From Peribolospora baueri (taxonomy: Eukaryota), in assembly GCA_029717555.1 (NCBI GenBank), contig JAMDHS010000116.1:1-55251 (forward strand): 55,251 nt of DNA, read 5' to 3'. Positions 1 to 14,200 of the stretch are shown here, piece after piece. The position numbers and the translations under genes are program-made. The notes below the pieces were generated by a model. It ran no database searches. It saw nothing but the letters and a program-made list of their open reading frames with translations, and was not told where the DNA came from. Numbering within the stretch: the first letter of the stretch is position 1; every line of letters begins with the position of its first letter.

Positions 1-26
1 TTTTTTTCGTCGTCTCCCTCTTTCAG

Positions 27-1813
27 GCGATTCGCGTTGCTTACGAGCTCGACCTCCACAAACCTATTCGGAGACCGCTTCCTCCCAACATCAACGACGC
101 CAGGGAGATCATCGATCGGGAAAGGGTCTGGCTTCGTAAGTCGGCGACACCGCCGGGGTGGGGTGGGGTGTGTGACAAAGTCTGGTTTGGCGAGTGCCGA
201 CGTGGCCCCTCGTGCCATCCTACTTTTCTCTCTCTCTCTCTTCTCCCGCCCCGTCGTGTCGGATGACGCAGAACTGGCCTGCTTCGATCACGCGCTCTCA
301 ACCCAACGACGAAAGCCTTCCATGATCTCCGAGGAGGACATACCGTCGGGAACGGTGTGGCACCGTTCTCTGGGTGACCTTGCGCATCCCTTCGACGCCA
401 TGGTCGCCGTGTCGTCAGAGATCGCTCTCCTCTGCAAGCGCTTCTCCATGAGCATCGGTATGGAACAGGGTGGCAGGCCACATGTATCGCCGTCCGTCGA
501 GGTCTCCGCCATTGACCGCACCATTAACACTCTCAAGCGGTATGTGGCGGACTGGACGGCCGAGGCGGGTGCGTCGATTTCCCCGTCCGACTCGGACCTC
601 GAGGACAGTTCGTTCGCGCGCTCCGCTGACCTACTCGTCCATCCGATTTTCTCTTTTCCTTTCTTGCTGTTCAGGTCCTTTGGGAGACGTCGAAGGTCCC
701 TATGCACCGATGCTTCGTCTTGCTTGCTCGTCCTTCTGCCTCCAACAGCACGATCGCCGCCTCTCGCTTGCCTCTTCCGCCGACGGCATGCAGGGCTGCC
801 TCCCGCTCGACCGGGAGCAGGAGCTAGCCATCTGCGCCAGTTACGCTTTCGAGGTGCTCGACATCTTGACCAGCCAAGTCGCCGGAGGCGATCACCTCCG
901 GTTCGCGCAAGATTTGGTCGCCGCGTCGGCCGCTTCGGCCGCCTTGTGGCTCCGACATCACTGGCAGGACATGAACGACGAAGCCATCGCTCACGCCGTG
1001 CGGTCTCTCGAGCAGGCGGTGGATGTCTGCGTCGCGGCATCGCAGACAGACAGGGACTGCCTCGCGTACTTGTCCGGATTTCTCCGCTACTGCCTCGCCG
1101 GCATGCGCACCCTCACTGACGATCCTTCCGCGGTGGGCGAGACGGGCAAGGGCAAGGGCAAAGAGGCGTCGCTAGTGGGTCCGATGAACTCGTCCATGTC
1201 GTCCCCTTCCGCCCCGGTCGCCCATCAGCCGCCCACGTCGTCGTGGCAGCGAACGAGGGGGCATTCGAGTTCCAGCTTGCTCCTTCGACCCTGTCACGGC
1301 TCCAGTCACCACCATCTTTCGTCTTTACGATCGCCCTGGGACGGCCAATGGAGCAGCACGTCAGCCGGCCCTACGTTCCCTCATCCACACGGACAAGGCC
1401 GCCCGTACTCCTTCTCCGCCGTCAACGGCCTCTTCCTTCCACCGGGCAGTGATCCCGCCACGTCCCCGCCGGGCTGGCTGGCCTCGCCTCCGGACCCGGC
1501 CTTTGGACGACGGCCGTCGACGCCTTTGAACGCTCCCCCCCTTTTTTTCTCTGCTGCCCAGCAGGCCCACGGGGACTTGGACACGCGCTCCCCCCGTGGT
1601 CCTTCACACCGGCCTTCCATTCCGCCTCCTCCTCTCCGACAAGCCTCTCTATACGCCTCGTCATCGGAGCCGACGACGATCGAGGCCGCTGAAGAGCCGT
1701 TGGGAGGACGGTCGGTCAGCGGCGCTCTGTGGCCCGCTCTGGACAAGGATGCGACGACTTACTGGAAGAGCGTACTGCCACCCTCGTTCTTCAACCTGGT
1801 CATGGACGGCTGA
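27..1813 (+). CDS. Fungal-specific transcription factor (Zn2Cys6-type middle homology/Fungal_trans region), 5'-truncated by the window
   Basis: Exons 27-135, 272-568 and 675-1813 joined by GT-AG introns give AIRVAYELDLH...IDRERVWLQLACFDHALS, typical of the Fungal_trans domain, followed by a P/S-rich tail ending FFNLVMDG*. The Zn cluster itself is not in the window. Confidence 0.7.
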
Positions 1814-2837
1814 CCGACCTGACCGCATGGGGGCGGAGACGCTTCGCTTCAATGCGGACTTAATTTTTTTTTTGGTACCCCGCGGGCGCGCGTCATGTCA
1901 CGTTTGTTTGTTCATTCGTTCTGATCCGATCTGATCGAATCCATGCTGACACCTCCCTCTTCGTCGAGCGAGCGTTCAGTAAACACCTCTACCGGGGGGG
2001 GGAGAGGCCGCCTGCGTGGACGAAGTTCGTTTCCGGAGCGCCCGAGGATTGGAAAGTGTCGGCATAAATGGTCGATTGATTCCGAGACATTTTTTACTTG
2101 GCGAAAAAGCCTGGCTGGTGGACGACGACGGACGAGGAGAGAGAGTTGGTCCCGTGCTTCCGTCCTTCCGTCCGTTATGCCGTCCGTCCTACTTGCCGAC
2201 CGTCCGTCCGTCCGTCCGTTTGTCCCTGCCTGTGTGCGCGGGTGAGTTCATGACTCCCCTTTTTTATTTATTTATTTTTATTTTTATTTTATTTTTTTCC
2301 CGTCATGCATCCGTCCGGCATATATCTTTTCTTTTCTCCGCCTCCTCCACTCGCCCTTTTGTTTCATATCCGCGCGCGTCCGTCTCCTCCGCACCGCCGC
2401 CGTCGTCGTCGTCGTCGGTGTCGCCCGACATCGATACCGCTTTCGCACACGACAAACCGCGAACCCGGAACGCGACCACCAACAATCTCTTCCTCCCCAC
2501 CCAGCCCCGGTTCCGCCCGAGCGGGAAGGATCCGGGTTCCGCTTGACTCGCTCGACCACGTACTGCACGTACGTACGTATGTAGGAATTGTCCTCTGCGA
2601 GGGGCGGACGGACGAGCTCCTTCGATTTCGTCGTCGATTCGTCTCCTTCGTCGCGTCGCTTCGAGTCGTCCCACTGCTGGCTGGGGCAGAGGGAGCGGGA
2701 GCGGGGAGAACGGGGGGAGATGCGCACTTGGGCCGGGCCAGCGAGGGCACGCGTCTCGCCGACGAGTCTACTACGCGTGGGCGTACGTACGTGTCTACAT
2801 AGGGGTACATACTGTATGTACAGTAAGAGCGATCGGC

Positions 2838-4803
2838 CTAGAAATCAAACTCGTCCCCTTCCAGCTCCGTCTTATCTCCTTCCAGCGTGGCCCCGTGATT
2901 CGCCTCTCCGCTGGCACCGTCACTGACCCCTGGACCTCCAGGAGTGGCCTCCCCTTCGGCGAGGCTCATGGCTATCGCGCGGGCCAGCTGAGCCTCCTCA
3001 TCCTCCTCTTCTTCCCCTCCTTCTCCTCCTCCGTCTGCACCGCCAATCGCGCTCTGAGACGCACTTTCTAGTCGCGATCGTATTCCAGCGCCTCCCTCCC
3101 GGTTAGTCGCGCTGAATACCGTTACTCGTTGCGTCGCCGGATCCTGCGCCGAAACGTCCACCCCTGTCGAGGCCCCATCCGACGGCCCGGCGCCGTCCAT
3201 GAGACGCGCCATCTCCGCTTCTTCCTCCAATGAGATGATGGGCATGTCATCAAACTCCTCGACGGCGTCGTCCAGATCATCCTCGCCCGCATTCGTCATC
3301 GCCTTTGCCACCCTCCTCGTCTCCTTGCCTTTGCCTTTGCCTTTGCCTTTGCCTTTGCCTTTGCCCTGATCGCCTGTTCTACCGCCTTCTCCTCCCTCTT
3401 CGGTAACGGATATCGCGACAAAAGTTTCAGAGAGCGTCATCTGTCTGCTCTCCGATCCCGATCGTCCACTGCCATCGTCCTTTCGACGCTTCTTGCGCGG
3501 TCGCGTGTCGCCGATTTTAAAAGGCTGCGAGAACGCGTCACGAATTCGTTTCACCTTGACCTCGCCCAAGCCAGGGCAGAGCGAGAGAGCCTCGGCGGAA
3601 GCGTGCGACAGCGCTCGAAAAGACTGTCAAACAAACGCAGAGACGTCAGGGTCAAATGTTGAGCCACATGACTCGACTTTTGCGACGATGGCCGTCACAT
3701 TCCACTCACTCCAAAATTGCTAGCCAACGTGATGACGTCGGTCTTATTCACCCCCTTGATGCTCGTGAGCGCGGCGGTGAGGTGCGACATGTAGTCGTTC
3801 GAGACCCGCTCCTTGATCATGTCCGGTGGCTTGGTCTCGAAGGCCTTGTACGTCTCAAGGTACCGGCCTGCCTCTTCGGCTCTGTGGGCGTAAGACAAGA
3901 GAGTGAGCGACGCTGCCCCGAAGCCGCACACATGCACAGCATTCGCTCGAAGACTGACGTCCAAGCGACCATGATGGTCAAATTGTTTATCAAGCAGACC
4001 TGCGAGAAGAAGCGACATAGTATAAGGCTCAGGGTCAAGGTCCGGTCACTCTTCTCGGAGCGACGGAATGCCCATAAAAAAGTCGCACCCTTGTCAGCTC
4101 CTTGATGGCATCTTCATGGTCATTCTGGCGCCCGTCAAAAAATTCGTGCACACCTCCTATCAGACTCTCTGTCAAAAGTGTCCGCGCGCTTGGCTAGTTG
4201 TCTCACCACATCGCACATGACTAGAAGAATCCGGAGCGTGTACATCTGTCCGAGCTTTTGTATTCGCGTGTGAATATACTCTGGATGAAGGCGGTGATAG
4301 CGGAGGCTGTGGCCGGCGAACGCAAAGAAGAGTGTGAGAGGCAAAAGTTACTATCTGCCCCAGTCGGATGGCTCAGTGCAATGTAAGTAGGGAAACCCAA
4401 CCTGAGAAAGAGGACGCAGCTAGCTACGCCGACCTGGTAATCGGGAACAATGTCAGAGTACTCCCACCCGACGTTGCGAATGTGGTTAATGATGGGGTTA
4501 CCACGCTGGAGCCGCAGAGGGAGATATAATCCACACGGGAGTCAGAACGATGTCGCGTTATGCGTCTCCTTCCCCATCCTCTTCCGGGCTCCGTTTACGC
4601 ACCTGACACCCATTCACCAGAATACTGTTGCTCCTCGCCCCCGTCACTTTCGGCGTCGGCTTTGGCTGGGTCACTTTTGGTCTCGCCGCCGCGGTCGAGC
4701 CGGCAGAGGCAGGGCTGCCAACTCGAGCTTCAGCATTAGATGGAGACGCATTGCCCTCCACGCGGGGTCGAGAAGGCTCTGCCGGGGCATCGGTGGTGGC
4801 CAT
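2838..4803 (-). CDS. RAD10: DNA excision repair protein ERCC1/Rad10/Swi10 with a long acidic C-terminal tail
   Basis: Spliced peptides [65 protein letters not shown] and the HhH segments [20 protein letters not shown]...[19 protein letters not shown] at 4803, stop at 2838. Confidence 0.93.
3325..3365. repeat. (TTGCCT)n hexamer repeat encoding (GK)n in the RAD10 tail
   Basis: About 7 tandem TTGCCT units are visible; the minus strand translates to [12 protein letters not shown]. Confidence 0.9.
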
Positions 4804-5084
4804 GACCCTGTGAGAGTGGTGGGAGCGACGAACTAGTCCGGACGGGTGCGAGCGGGGTCGGCGATAGACGGAGTGCCGATCGATTGCTGCTGCGGCAAAC
4901 AATAGAGCCCCACGCACGTCCACGTCGGCGCCCGGAAGACGTCGCTGGAAGAAACACCACCAAGAGCGCCTTGCCTTGACCGTTTGAGGACGACTGTTGA
5001 ACGTCCTGCTCTTCGTTTGATTCCCGTTCTGGGAGCAGCGTCTTCCATCCCCTGCTTTGCCTATCCAAGCAACCCGGCAGCTTT
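4804..5084. promoter_or_regulatory. Divergent promoter RAD10/YIP1
   Basis: About 280 bp between head-to-head ATGs; contains CTGCGGCA at 4890-4897. Confidence 0.6.
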
Positions 5085-6279
<1,195 letters not shown>

Positions 6280-6738
6280 GGGTACGTTGAGGAGCATTTT
6301 CGTGTCGGGTCCGTACAGGTCGAATGCGATAGCGTTGGCCCGGGGATTGAGGGTCCTTTTTTTTTACTAGAGCTCATCGAGACGAAATCACGTTTGGATT
6401 CGTATGACGGCTTTGCGCGACCCTTCACTTTTCTCCAAGCCGAGAACCCTCTCGTCCCGCTGCGGACCCTAGATAAAAGTGAATTGCCGATGCCCTCGGA
6501 AGAGCGCTGCTGCACGACGTCGGCCTGGTTGAGCGCGGGCGAAAGCCTCGCGACGAGATAGACTGAGTGAGGGAGGTGGCAGTAAAAGGAAGCGAGCACC
6601 ATCCTCGTATGTACCAAGTCCGCCAAAACGAGGAACAAATGCGAGTGATCGAGCGCGCGAAGGAACTCCGATCAATCCCGACCGATCATTTCGAGACGCC
6701 GATCTCCTTCTTCTTACCAAGTGTTCATCTCATCGCTC

Positions 6739-9144
6739 ATGAAGAAGGCATTCAAAGCGGTCACCGAAAGGCTAGACAGGCTAGACACCAAGCATGGAGC
6801 GCCACCCATCCCGCCGCGGCCTTCGGTAGCGGAGGGCAGCGGCGGCACGGACACAGGGGTTGGAGCTGGGAGTTCGCTGGGGCAAAGGGACGTCTGGAGG
6901 TATCGAAAGCAAAGAGGTGAGCGGAGGTACTTTTCCGTCCGAGAAGGTAGCGGACCTTGTGGTCGTGCATCTCTGGAAGGTAGCACCCGCAGCTCAACCC
7001 ATCTGTGTTGCGCTTCTGTCATGCCCCGGTCCCTCGAACAGGCGTGAACCTCGGAGGCTGGTGAGGGAGTCTCGTGAGAATGAAGACAGATCCGCACGGC
7101 CCCCATCAACTGACGGATAGCTTCTCTCCCCCTTTGCTTCCCTCGCTGTATTTTCAACGCTTTCAACTCTCATCCTCCGCTGTGGACGCGAAGGTTTTCC
7201 CTCGAGCGATGGCTTTACGACACGCCGTTCTCAAACGCCGTCCCGCCAGGTCAAAGCGATCTCGACGTCGCCCGTGGCCCTCGGGCCAAGGACGTCCTGG
7301 AACGCCACTGGGACACGTACATGAGCGAAGACGATTGGAAATGGCTGCAAAGTGTTGGGGTCAACTGCGTTCGTTTGCCTGTGAGTGCGCGTGAACGTCG
7401 GGTGTTGAAGGACGTGGACATGTACGACCGCAAGCATACCAACCTCGTCCATCACACGGATCTCCCTTATCAGGTCGGCTACTTCCACCTCGTTGGAGCA
7501 GATATGGACTTGCTCAAGCACACCGACTTTGCTGGTTTGGAGGACGTCTACAAGGGGGCGTTTGGGAGGATCCGACAGGCGGTCCGGAAAGCGGAGGAGT
7601 TCGGCATCGGCGTTCTCCTCGGTGAGCTGCACGTACGATGACGACTGACAGAAATGACGGAAAAGCGGAAAGAGGGTGCACGTACACACTGAAAAAGATC
7701 TGATTCGACTCGCACAGACCTCCATGGCGCCCCTGGCGCGCAGAACAGAGACGCGCACTCGGGCGTCTCGTCGGGCCAGGTCGACGTCTGGCGGTCGTCG
7801 AACCGGTCTACCACTCTGCGCGCCTTGCGAATCCTAGCCCTCTCCTTTCCTCTCGACCGATTCCCCAACGTGATTGGCATCGAGCTTCTCAACGAGCCAG
7901 CGAACGATCCTCGACTCCAAGGCTTCTACGAAGAGGCCGTCGCACAGCTTCGGAGGGAATGCGGCGTGGGGCCGGATTTCATGCTGGTCGTGAGCGATGC
8001 CTGGGACCTTGAGAGGTATGCGAGTTTGGTCGGACATTGGGCGGGGGATCGCTTGGGAAGGGGGAAAGGCGCGTGTGGGTGGACGGTGGTGGATCACCAC
8101 CTCTATCGGTGCTTCACATCGGAAGATCACGCCAAGTCGGGTTGGGAACACGCAGAACTCGTCAAGTGAGTCGCGTTTTTCGTGCTCGATTTGCTCGTGC
8201 CATGAGAACTCTTAGGCAGCTTACGGTGCCTTTTCTTCTGTCTGCCGTCCCGGACGATAGGACTCGCGGACGAGATATGTTGTACCCCGCTATGCGAGCT
8301 TCACACGGCAACCTTATCATCGGCGAGTGGAGCGCCGCACTGAACCCGGGTAGCCTGCAGAAGGGTGGTGGGAACAACAACGAACAACGCCGGGCTTGGG
8401 CAACGGCGCAACTGGAAGTGTTCGAGGAGACGGCGGGCGGGTGGTTCTTCTGGTCGTACAAGAAGGTGAGAACACGTTCGGCCGCGGTGCCAAGGCAATT
8501 ACGAAGCGGGTCCAGTGCTGTGCTTTGTGCGGCCTAGCTGAATCCACATCCTCGCTCGTCGGCCCTGTACGATTGTAGGAGAAGGGATTAGATCGGGGCT
8601 GGAGCTTTAGAGACGCGGTGGAGCATGGCATCCTTCCTTCCAGCTTTCACGGTCCATCCCGGCGCGGAGGGAAGGAGGAGGAAGAGAAGCAAAAGCTGTT
8701 AGAGGAGAAAGCTGGTGAGCACACACACGTACACGTTGACTCACGCACTTAAAAAACCTTGCAGTGTTCTTTTTCTGATTGTCTCGCTCTCATGCGTGTC
8801 CCATCCTCAGCTGCCCATCACGCCTACTGGGCCAGCAGGGGTGGCTCGGTTCCAAACCTCTATGAAACAGGTTTCTCGACAGGCTGGACCGATGCCGTCC
8901 TCTTCGCCTCCAAAGCGTCCGAGCTGGGCTTCAAGAAAGAGTGGACAAGGCGGAGATGCGAGGAGCGGCAGCAGGAGTTTCCGGACAGAAGCTGGTGGTG
9001 GGAATTCGGTGAGTCTGGCTCTCCTAGCCTCTGACTCTGCCTTTCTTTGGTGTCATGGGCGATTCTCATTGACGTGCTCCTGTCCTTGGTACCGAGACAG
9101 AACATGGCTTCGAGCAAGGGTACGCAGCGAGCATGGGCAAGTGA
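6739..9144 (+). CDS. Glycoside hydrolase family 5, intracellular glucan 1,3-beta-glucosidase-like
   Basis: RKQRGVNLGGWFSLERW, HWDTYMSEDDW, VNCVRLP, DLHGAPGAQN, GIELLNEP (acid/base Glu), DHHLYRCF, IGEWSAAL (nucleophile Glu) and GWFFWSYKKE. No signal peptide is apparent. Confidence 0.9.
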
Positions 9145-9818
9145 AGCGAGCTGGCGATATCTGTGCTCTTACAAGGAAGGGACTATGTGGAGATGTTGAA
9201 CATGTTTTACTGGCATTTGAGAGGCACCCGTGTAAAGATGCCAAAAGAGGACTTGGAAAGACCACTCCACGGAGCTTACCAAAACGGAGTGATTGCCGCG
9301 CTAGGTGGCTCCCCGTCCAGGATATTGGATTCGTTCCTTGTGCCACTAAGTCTCGACCACAACAAGTCCACCCTTTGCTCTGGGCGTTGGGTCCGGCTCA
9401 TTAAAAAAAAAGCTGCCTTCGCACGTCTCGAGCGGCATCGCCGTTCGCTTCGATGTAGTCAAGCATATAAGTCTTCAAGTCCATGAGCTTGCAACTGCCT
9501 GCTCTGACCTTGATTCTCACAATGAGCGTTGTCAGGACCAGTATAATGAGCAAGGCTGTACGAAGTTGGATTCCTGCGACATCCATCCCGGCCGTGGTGA
9601 TCCACCCCGAAAACGCCGCTTCGGCCCGCCGTTCTCCGACGCCCTCCTCAGCGTCCGACTACCGATCGGTTTAAACGGCGGCCATCGTTGGATTCCGGCA
9701 GTCGCATCTATACGCCTCCTGTCCCCTTCCAGTCCTTTCGTGCGTCAATTTGCGTCTCCTCCCGCCTAGATACGTCTGACTGCCCCACACCGCCTCACGG
9801 CAGCCAGTCAGCCAGCTG

Positions 9819-10806
9819 ATGATGGACAACTTTCGCAAAATCGATATCGACGCCTTCGACGAGGACGTGCTGACGGAAGAGGACCTGTACGAGCCGGACA
9901 CTCGGTCGCCCGCCGAGGTTATACAGATTGCTAGGGGCAAAGCGGGCGAGGTTAGAGGGTTGATCGGGAGGTGAGTAGATTTTCCACGAGCGGGAGCAAG
10001 GAAGCGCCGCGGGCTTGTAGCTGTCGCTGTCCGGGTTGTCGCTGGCTGGAGTTTAGAAAGGGCCGGCGGCTGTATGGGTGACGAATACGGGCGTGGAAGG
10101 ATGGGGAGGGATGGAGGTATATCATTCTATGTAGTGTTTCGCAGCGCATGTCAATGAAAAGATTTGTCCCGGCTTTGAAACTGAACACTTCGCCGTTCTC
10201 CCTTTTTAACCGCCTCCATCGCAGAGGCGACGCGGCGGGAGCACTTGCGCTCGTTCTTGCTGATCCTCCATACGGAGCCGGTGTTGAGGATGCCAAGGTG
10301 AGTAAGAACGGGCGAGAGAGAGACGTCCGAATGGAGTGTTAGAGGAATGCTCTGGGCTTTCGCTCACCGCATCCGCTTCGATCGGTCGTCCAACCTCCCC
10401 TTCCGCAGAACCAAACCCTCTCATCCCTGCTAGAGATCCTCAACTCTATCAAGTCATCCGACATTCCCACCCTCGTCCGCTCCCTCAACGTCGAGCAGCA
10501 GGATACGCTGATGAAGTACCTTTATAAGGGCATGACTATCCCTGAGGAAGTCAACTCGGCCGTGTTGCTCACCTGGCATGAGAAGGTGAGTCGAGTGAGC
10601 GCTCGCTTGGCCGTTGCGACTTCTGCACCCCACGGCGCCGCGGTCGGCCGATGAGAAATCAGTCGTTTCAATGGCTAATAGAGAGACAACGAGCGCTCAC
10701 ATCGTCTTACCCCCTGTTCGCCAACACCCCCCTCTTTCCTCAGCTCACCGAGGTTGCAGGCACAGGGTGCATCGTCCGGGTAATGACGGATCGTCGGACG
10801 GTCTGA
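9819..10806 (+). CDS. ARC15: Arp2/3 complex 16 kDa subunit (ARPC5/Arc15)
   Basis: MDNFRKIDIDAFDED, ALVLADPPYG, EQQDTLMKYLYKGM, VLLTWHEKLTEVAGTGCIVRVMTDRRTV*. Confidence 0.93.
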
Positions 10807-11219
10807 TCAAAGCGAAGTGATCGTCTCGTCCTTTGTTTCCTCTGCTTCTTCGATACCTTACACGGGAGTGTGCATTCGGAGCCCGTCTGAATTCAGTCAC
10901 GGTGTGAGAAGGCTCGAGAGACGGAGTGAGGATGTGTGATCGCCCTCTTCTATCTCCTGTCTCTGTTCCCGCCTTCGAACGCAATTGTAGAAGATGGACT
11001 GGGACGAGAAAAGGAAGGAAGGGACATGATAAGAGAAGCCCAGTCGCCCAGGTCGCGAAAAGTAGCACGCATGCTGGATACTCAAAGAAATGGGAGACGG
11101 TGACAGGTTCTGCATTTCAAAGACATGGTTGGTATCATCGGGATGTTGTACAAACGTGGACTCAAAACGGCAGGATGGGACGATGTGATGATAAAGGACA
11201 GGTGAATGGATGCTTGAAA

Positions 11220-14200
11220 TTACGATCTGGCGGACAGGGCGAAACGCTTGTCCGACATCTTGGCCACGCCGAAGTCTCTCAGCAAGGTCTGCCCTGCCTT
11301 CCCTTCCACGCTGTCAAACTTCTTCGATCCGGAGAAAAGGGCTTTCGTGTACGCCGGCAGCTGGAAGTGGAGACGGAGCTGAAGGCGCGCAATGGCAGCT
11401 TTGGCGCGCGTCCTGTCTAGGTACGCCGCACGGTTGTCGGCTGAACCGGGAAAGTGCGACGAAGATGAAAGTGGCGTGAGCTTACAAGTGCCTTGAATGA
11501 CGAGAGGGACGATACTCACAAATCCGACCGTGAAGGCTCCTCAAGGCTTCAATGACCGCTTCGAGTTGCCTCTGCCTGCCGAAGTCTTTCTCCAAACGAC
11601 CGGCCGCATCCCTCTGGCTGGTGTCGTCGCCGCCAAGCTCCGGTTCAACAAGATGGACATCGATGTCGCTCAGCGCGATCGCCAAGATGGACACTGCACA
11701 TCGCAGGTTGTCGTAATCGGTAGCGGGGGCATCGATATCCACCGAATTAGAAATGTAGAACGGACTGCTAGGGGTGCTGTAGTCGACGAGACGAAAGATC
11801 AAAGGCTCAAGATCAGGTCGCTCGCAGAAGGAGGCCTTCTTGATGTCCGGGTCGTTGCCCACGAGCAGACGCCAAGCTAGCCACTGGCGGATCCGCCTAT
11901 CCCCAGCAAGGGAGCTTGGCAGGACATGAAGAACGTCAAATGCGAAGACGTAGCTGTGCTCCTTCAGGATAGCCACCAACGCATCACAAATCGGTTGTGG
12001 CTGTTCGATGGGAAAGTGAGAATCCTTGTTATCAATAGCTTAAACCTTCCCTCAATCACGACTGCGGAGCGAACGTACCTCGGGAGCACAAGAAAACAAT
12101 GACTCGAGGCACCTTTCAAATTCCCCTGCGAGACCGACAGAGGAGACGTCGAGGGACAGTCGCACTAAGGTCTGAACCAGCGGAGGGACCTCTTCGGCTC
12201 CGATCAATCGGTTACTGGAGAAGGAACCAGACCGTATCAGTGATGACCAACGCCTAGATAGAAAGTGATAGCTCTCACTCAGCCAAATCGCGGAGCATTG
12301 CCAGCAGACGCTTGACACTCCTTTCTCGGTGCACCCCCTTTAGGCGTTCTGCTTTCTTCTCCAAGAGAGCAGGCTCTGCTTCCAACACCTCATTGCCCCC
12401 ATTTGCAGCACCTTCGGTGAAGACGACGTTCTCAGTCTTTGCTCCCAAGCGAAGGAGATTCTTGGCCACCATCGCGGAAATATCGCCGACCATCGAGGCC
12501 CCGCGAAGGCGGAAACCTAGGACAAGGAGCTTCCTAGCTGGATAGGCACGGCTATCGTCCCCATGAAGGACTGCGATGCGGGTAGCAAGATCAGCTCGTG
12601 TGTATAGACGCAGTAAACAGCATGAAAGAAGCCAGATTTGAGTACTGACCAATTTCCATGAGCCAAGCCGACAAAGATGGAGGCAACATTTTGGGCGAGT
12701 CGGACTTCGCCCTTTGTACTTCGCCATAAATCCATTTCAGCAAGGCGTCCCGCTCTGGTAGCAAGTCAGTACGAAAGGGTCGTGAGGCGTCAGCGACCGA
12801 CAGAGAACATCATAGCACGAACCAGGAGCACTCACCTTTGCCCGCCTCGCCCAATCCCGCCCATTCCTTCTTCTCTTGAGCCTCGAGTTCCAACCTGGGC
12901 ACGAAACGCGGAACGGGTGCCTTCCTCCAAAACTGCCAGCCGTCGGGGCCCGCCATCCTATGACTATTTTCCTGCCTGCGACGCTTGCGTCTTTCCTCCC
13001 TGTCCTTCTTCAGTAGAGTGGCCATCGATTTGGTAGCATCCTCGTCGAACAGCCGGCCTACTGCCTCAGGCAAGTTGCCATCATGTGCACATGCGTCGGA
13101 CGAATCTGAATCTGAATCTGAGTTGGACTCGGTCTCAAATTCTTCTTCGGAAAGACCGAACCCCGAAGCAGGAGAGTAGCGGGCGGAGGAAGCGGCGTCT
13201 GAAAAGGGCGAAGTCCGGGCAGATTTGCGAGATCCCTTTGAGGCTCTTGCGACACTGACGTGAGCGGCGTCGAGTTGACTTTGGATTCTCTCGACCTGAG
13301 GGAAATAAGTGGCAATTGGTCGCCCGGATGAGTTAAGCCTAAAAGCGTACATAACATCAAACAGTGTCGTGGACATCTTTACTCACCTCCTCTTCCCGAG
13401 CCAGCCTATCTGCGACTTCCCTCGCTTGGGGCACACCACGTTGCTCCCTTGATCGCTTTTGCTGGAGCAAGTGAGCAATCCCATATTGCTTCTTGACGGT
13501 CGACGTGAAAAGACTGATGAGGGGCGCAGTCGACCGCTTCTGCTGCGTCGATGTCGCGACCGTACGAGATGGCAGTGGTGCTCGGCCATAGCGATGGGAT
13601 TCGATGGAATTTAGAGGCGTCGTCTTCCGGGAGACATCACGGGACGAAGAGCTGCCGCTGTCGTTGAACGAAGATAGAGATGTGCGGGACGTGGTGGACT
13701 TGGACAATGCACCATTGCATAGCGCAAAAATTTCCTTTTCCCACGTCGCGGCAGCATCGTCGTCGTCGGAATCCAGCATAAGCTGGCCGTCATCGGTTTC
13801 GAGGCGAACATCTCCATCTGAGTAGGAAGGCCGTCTGGAGTCTTGACGCGCTTTCAGGCGCAGGCGTTCCACAAACGTAAGAGGCTTGGAAGCATCGCCA
13901 TCGGACGGGCAGGGCGACAGTCGCTCAGGGGAAGGTGTGGGGGAAGAGAAAGTGGGCGACTTGAATGGTCGCACAGGTGATCGAGGAGAATCCATAGCGG
14001 TTCTCCCCGCCGAGATCGATCCGACGTCAAAATCGAAATCCTCGCCGAGCCTATCGGAAGGACTGGCAAAAGAGCTGGGCGACTGGCTCGATCTGACGAC
14101 CCCAGAGGTCCACACGGTGGACGACGAAGAAGACCTGATGTCGTCCGCCTCCACCGCCGCCACGGGTCTTGTCACACCAGCGCCTCCCGACGAGTCCTGC

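Noticed and set aside
1814..2837. Multiple 100-176 aa ORFs between the transcription factor and RAD10
   Set aside because: Low-complexity translations of microsatellite-rich convergent 3' regions, with no motifs or splice support.
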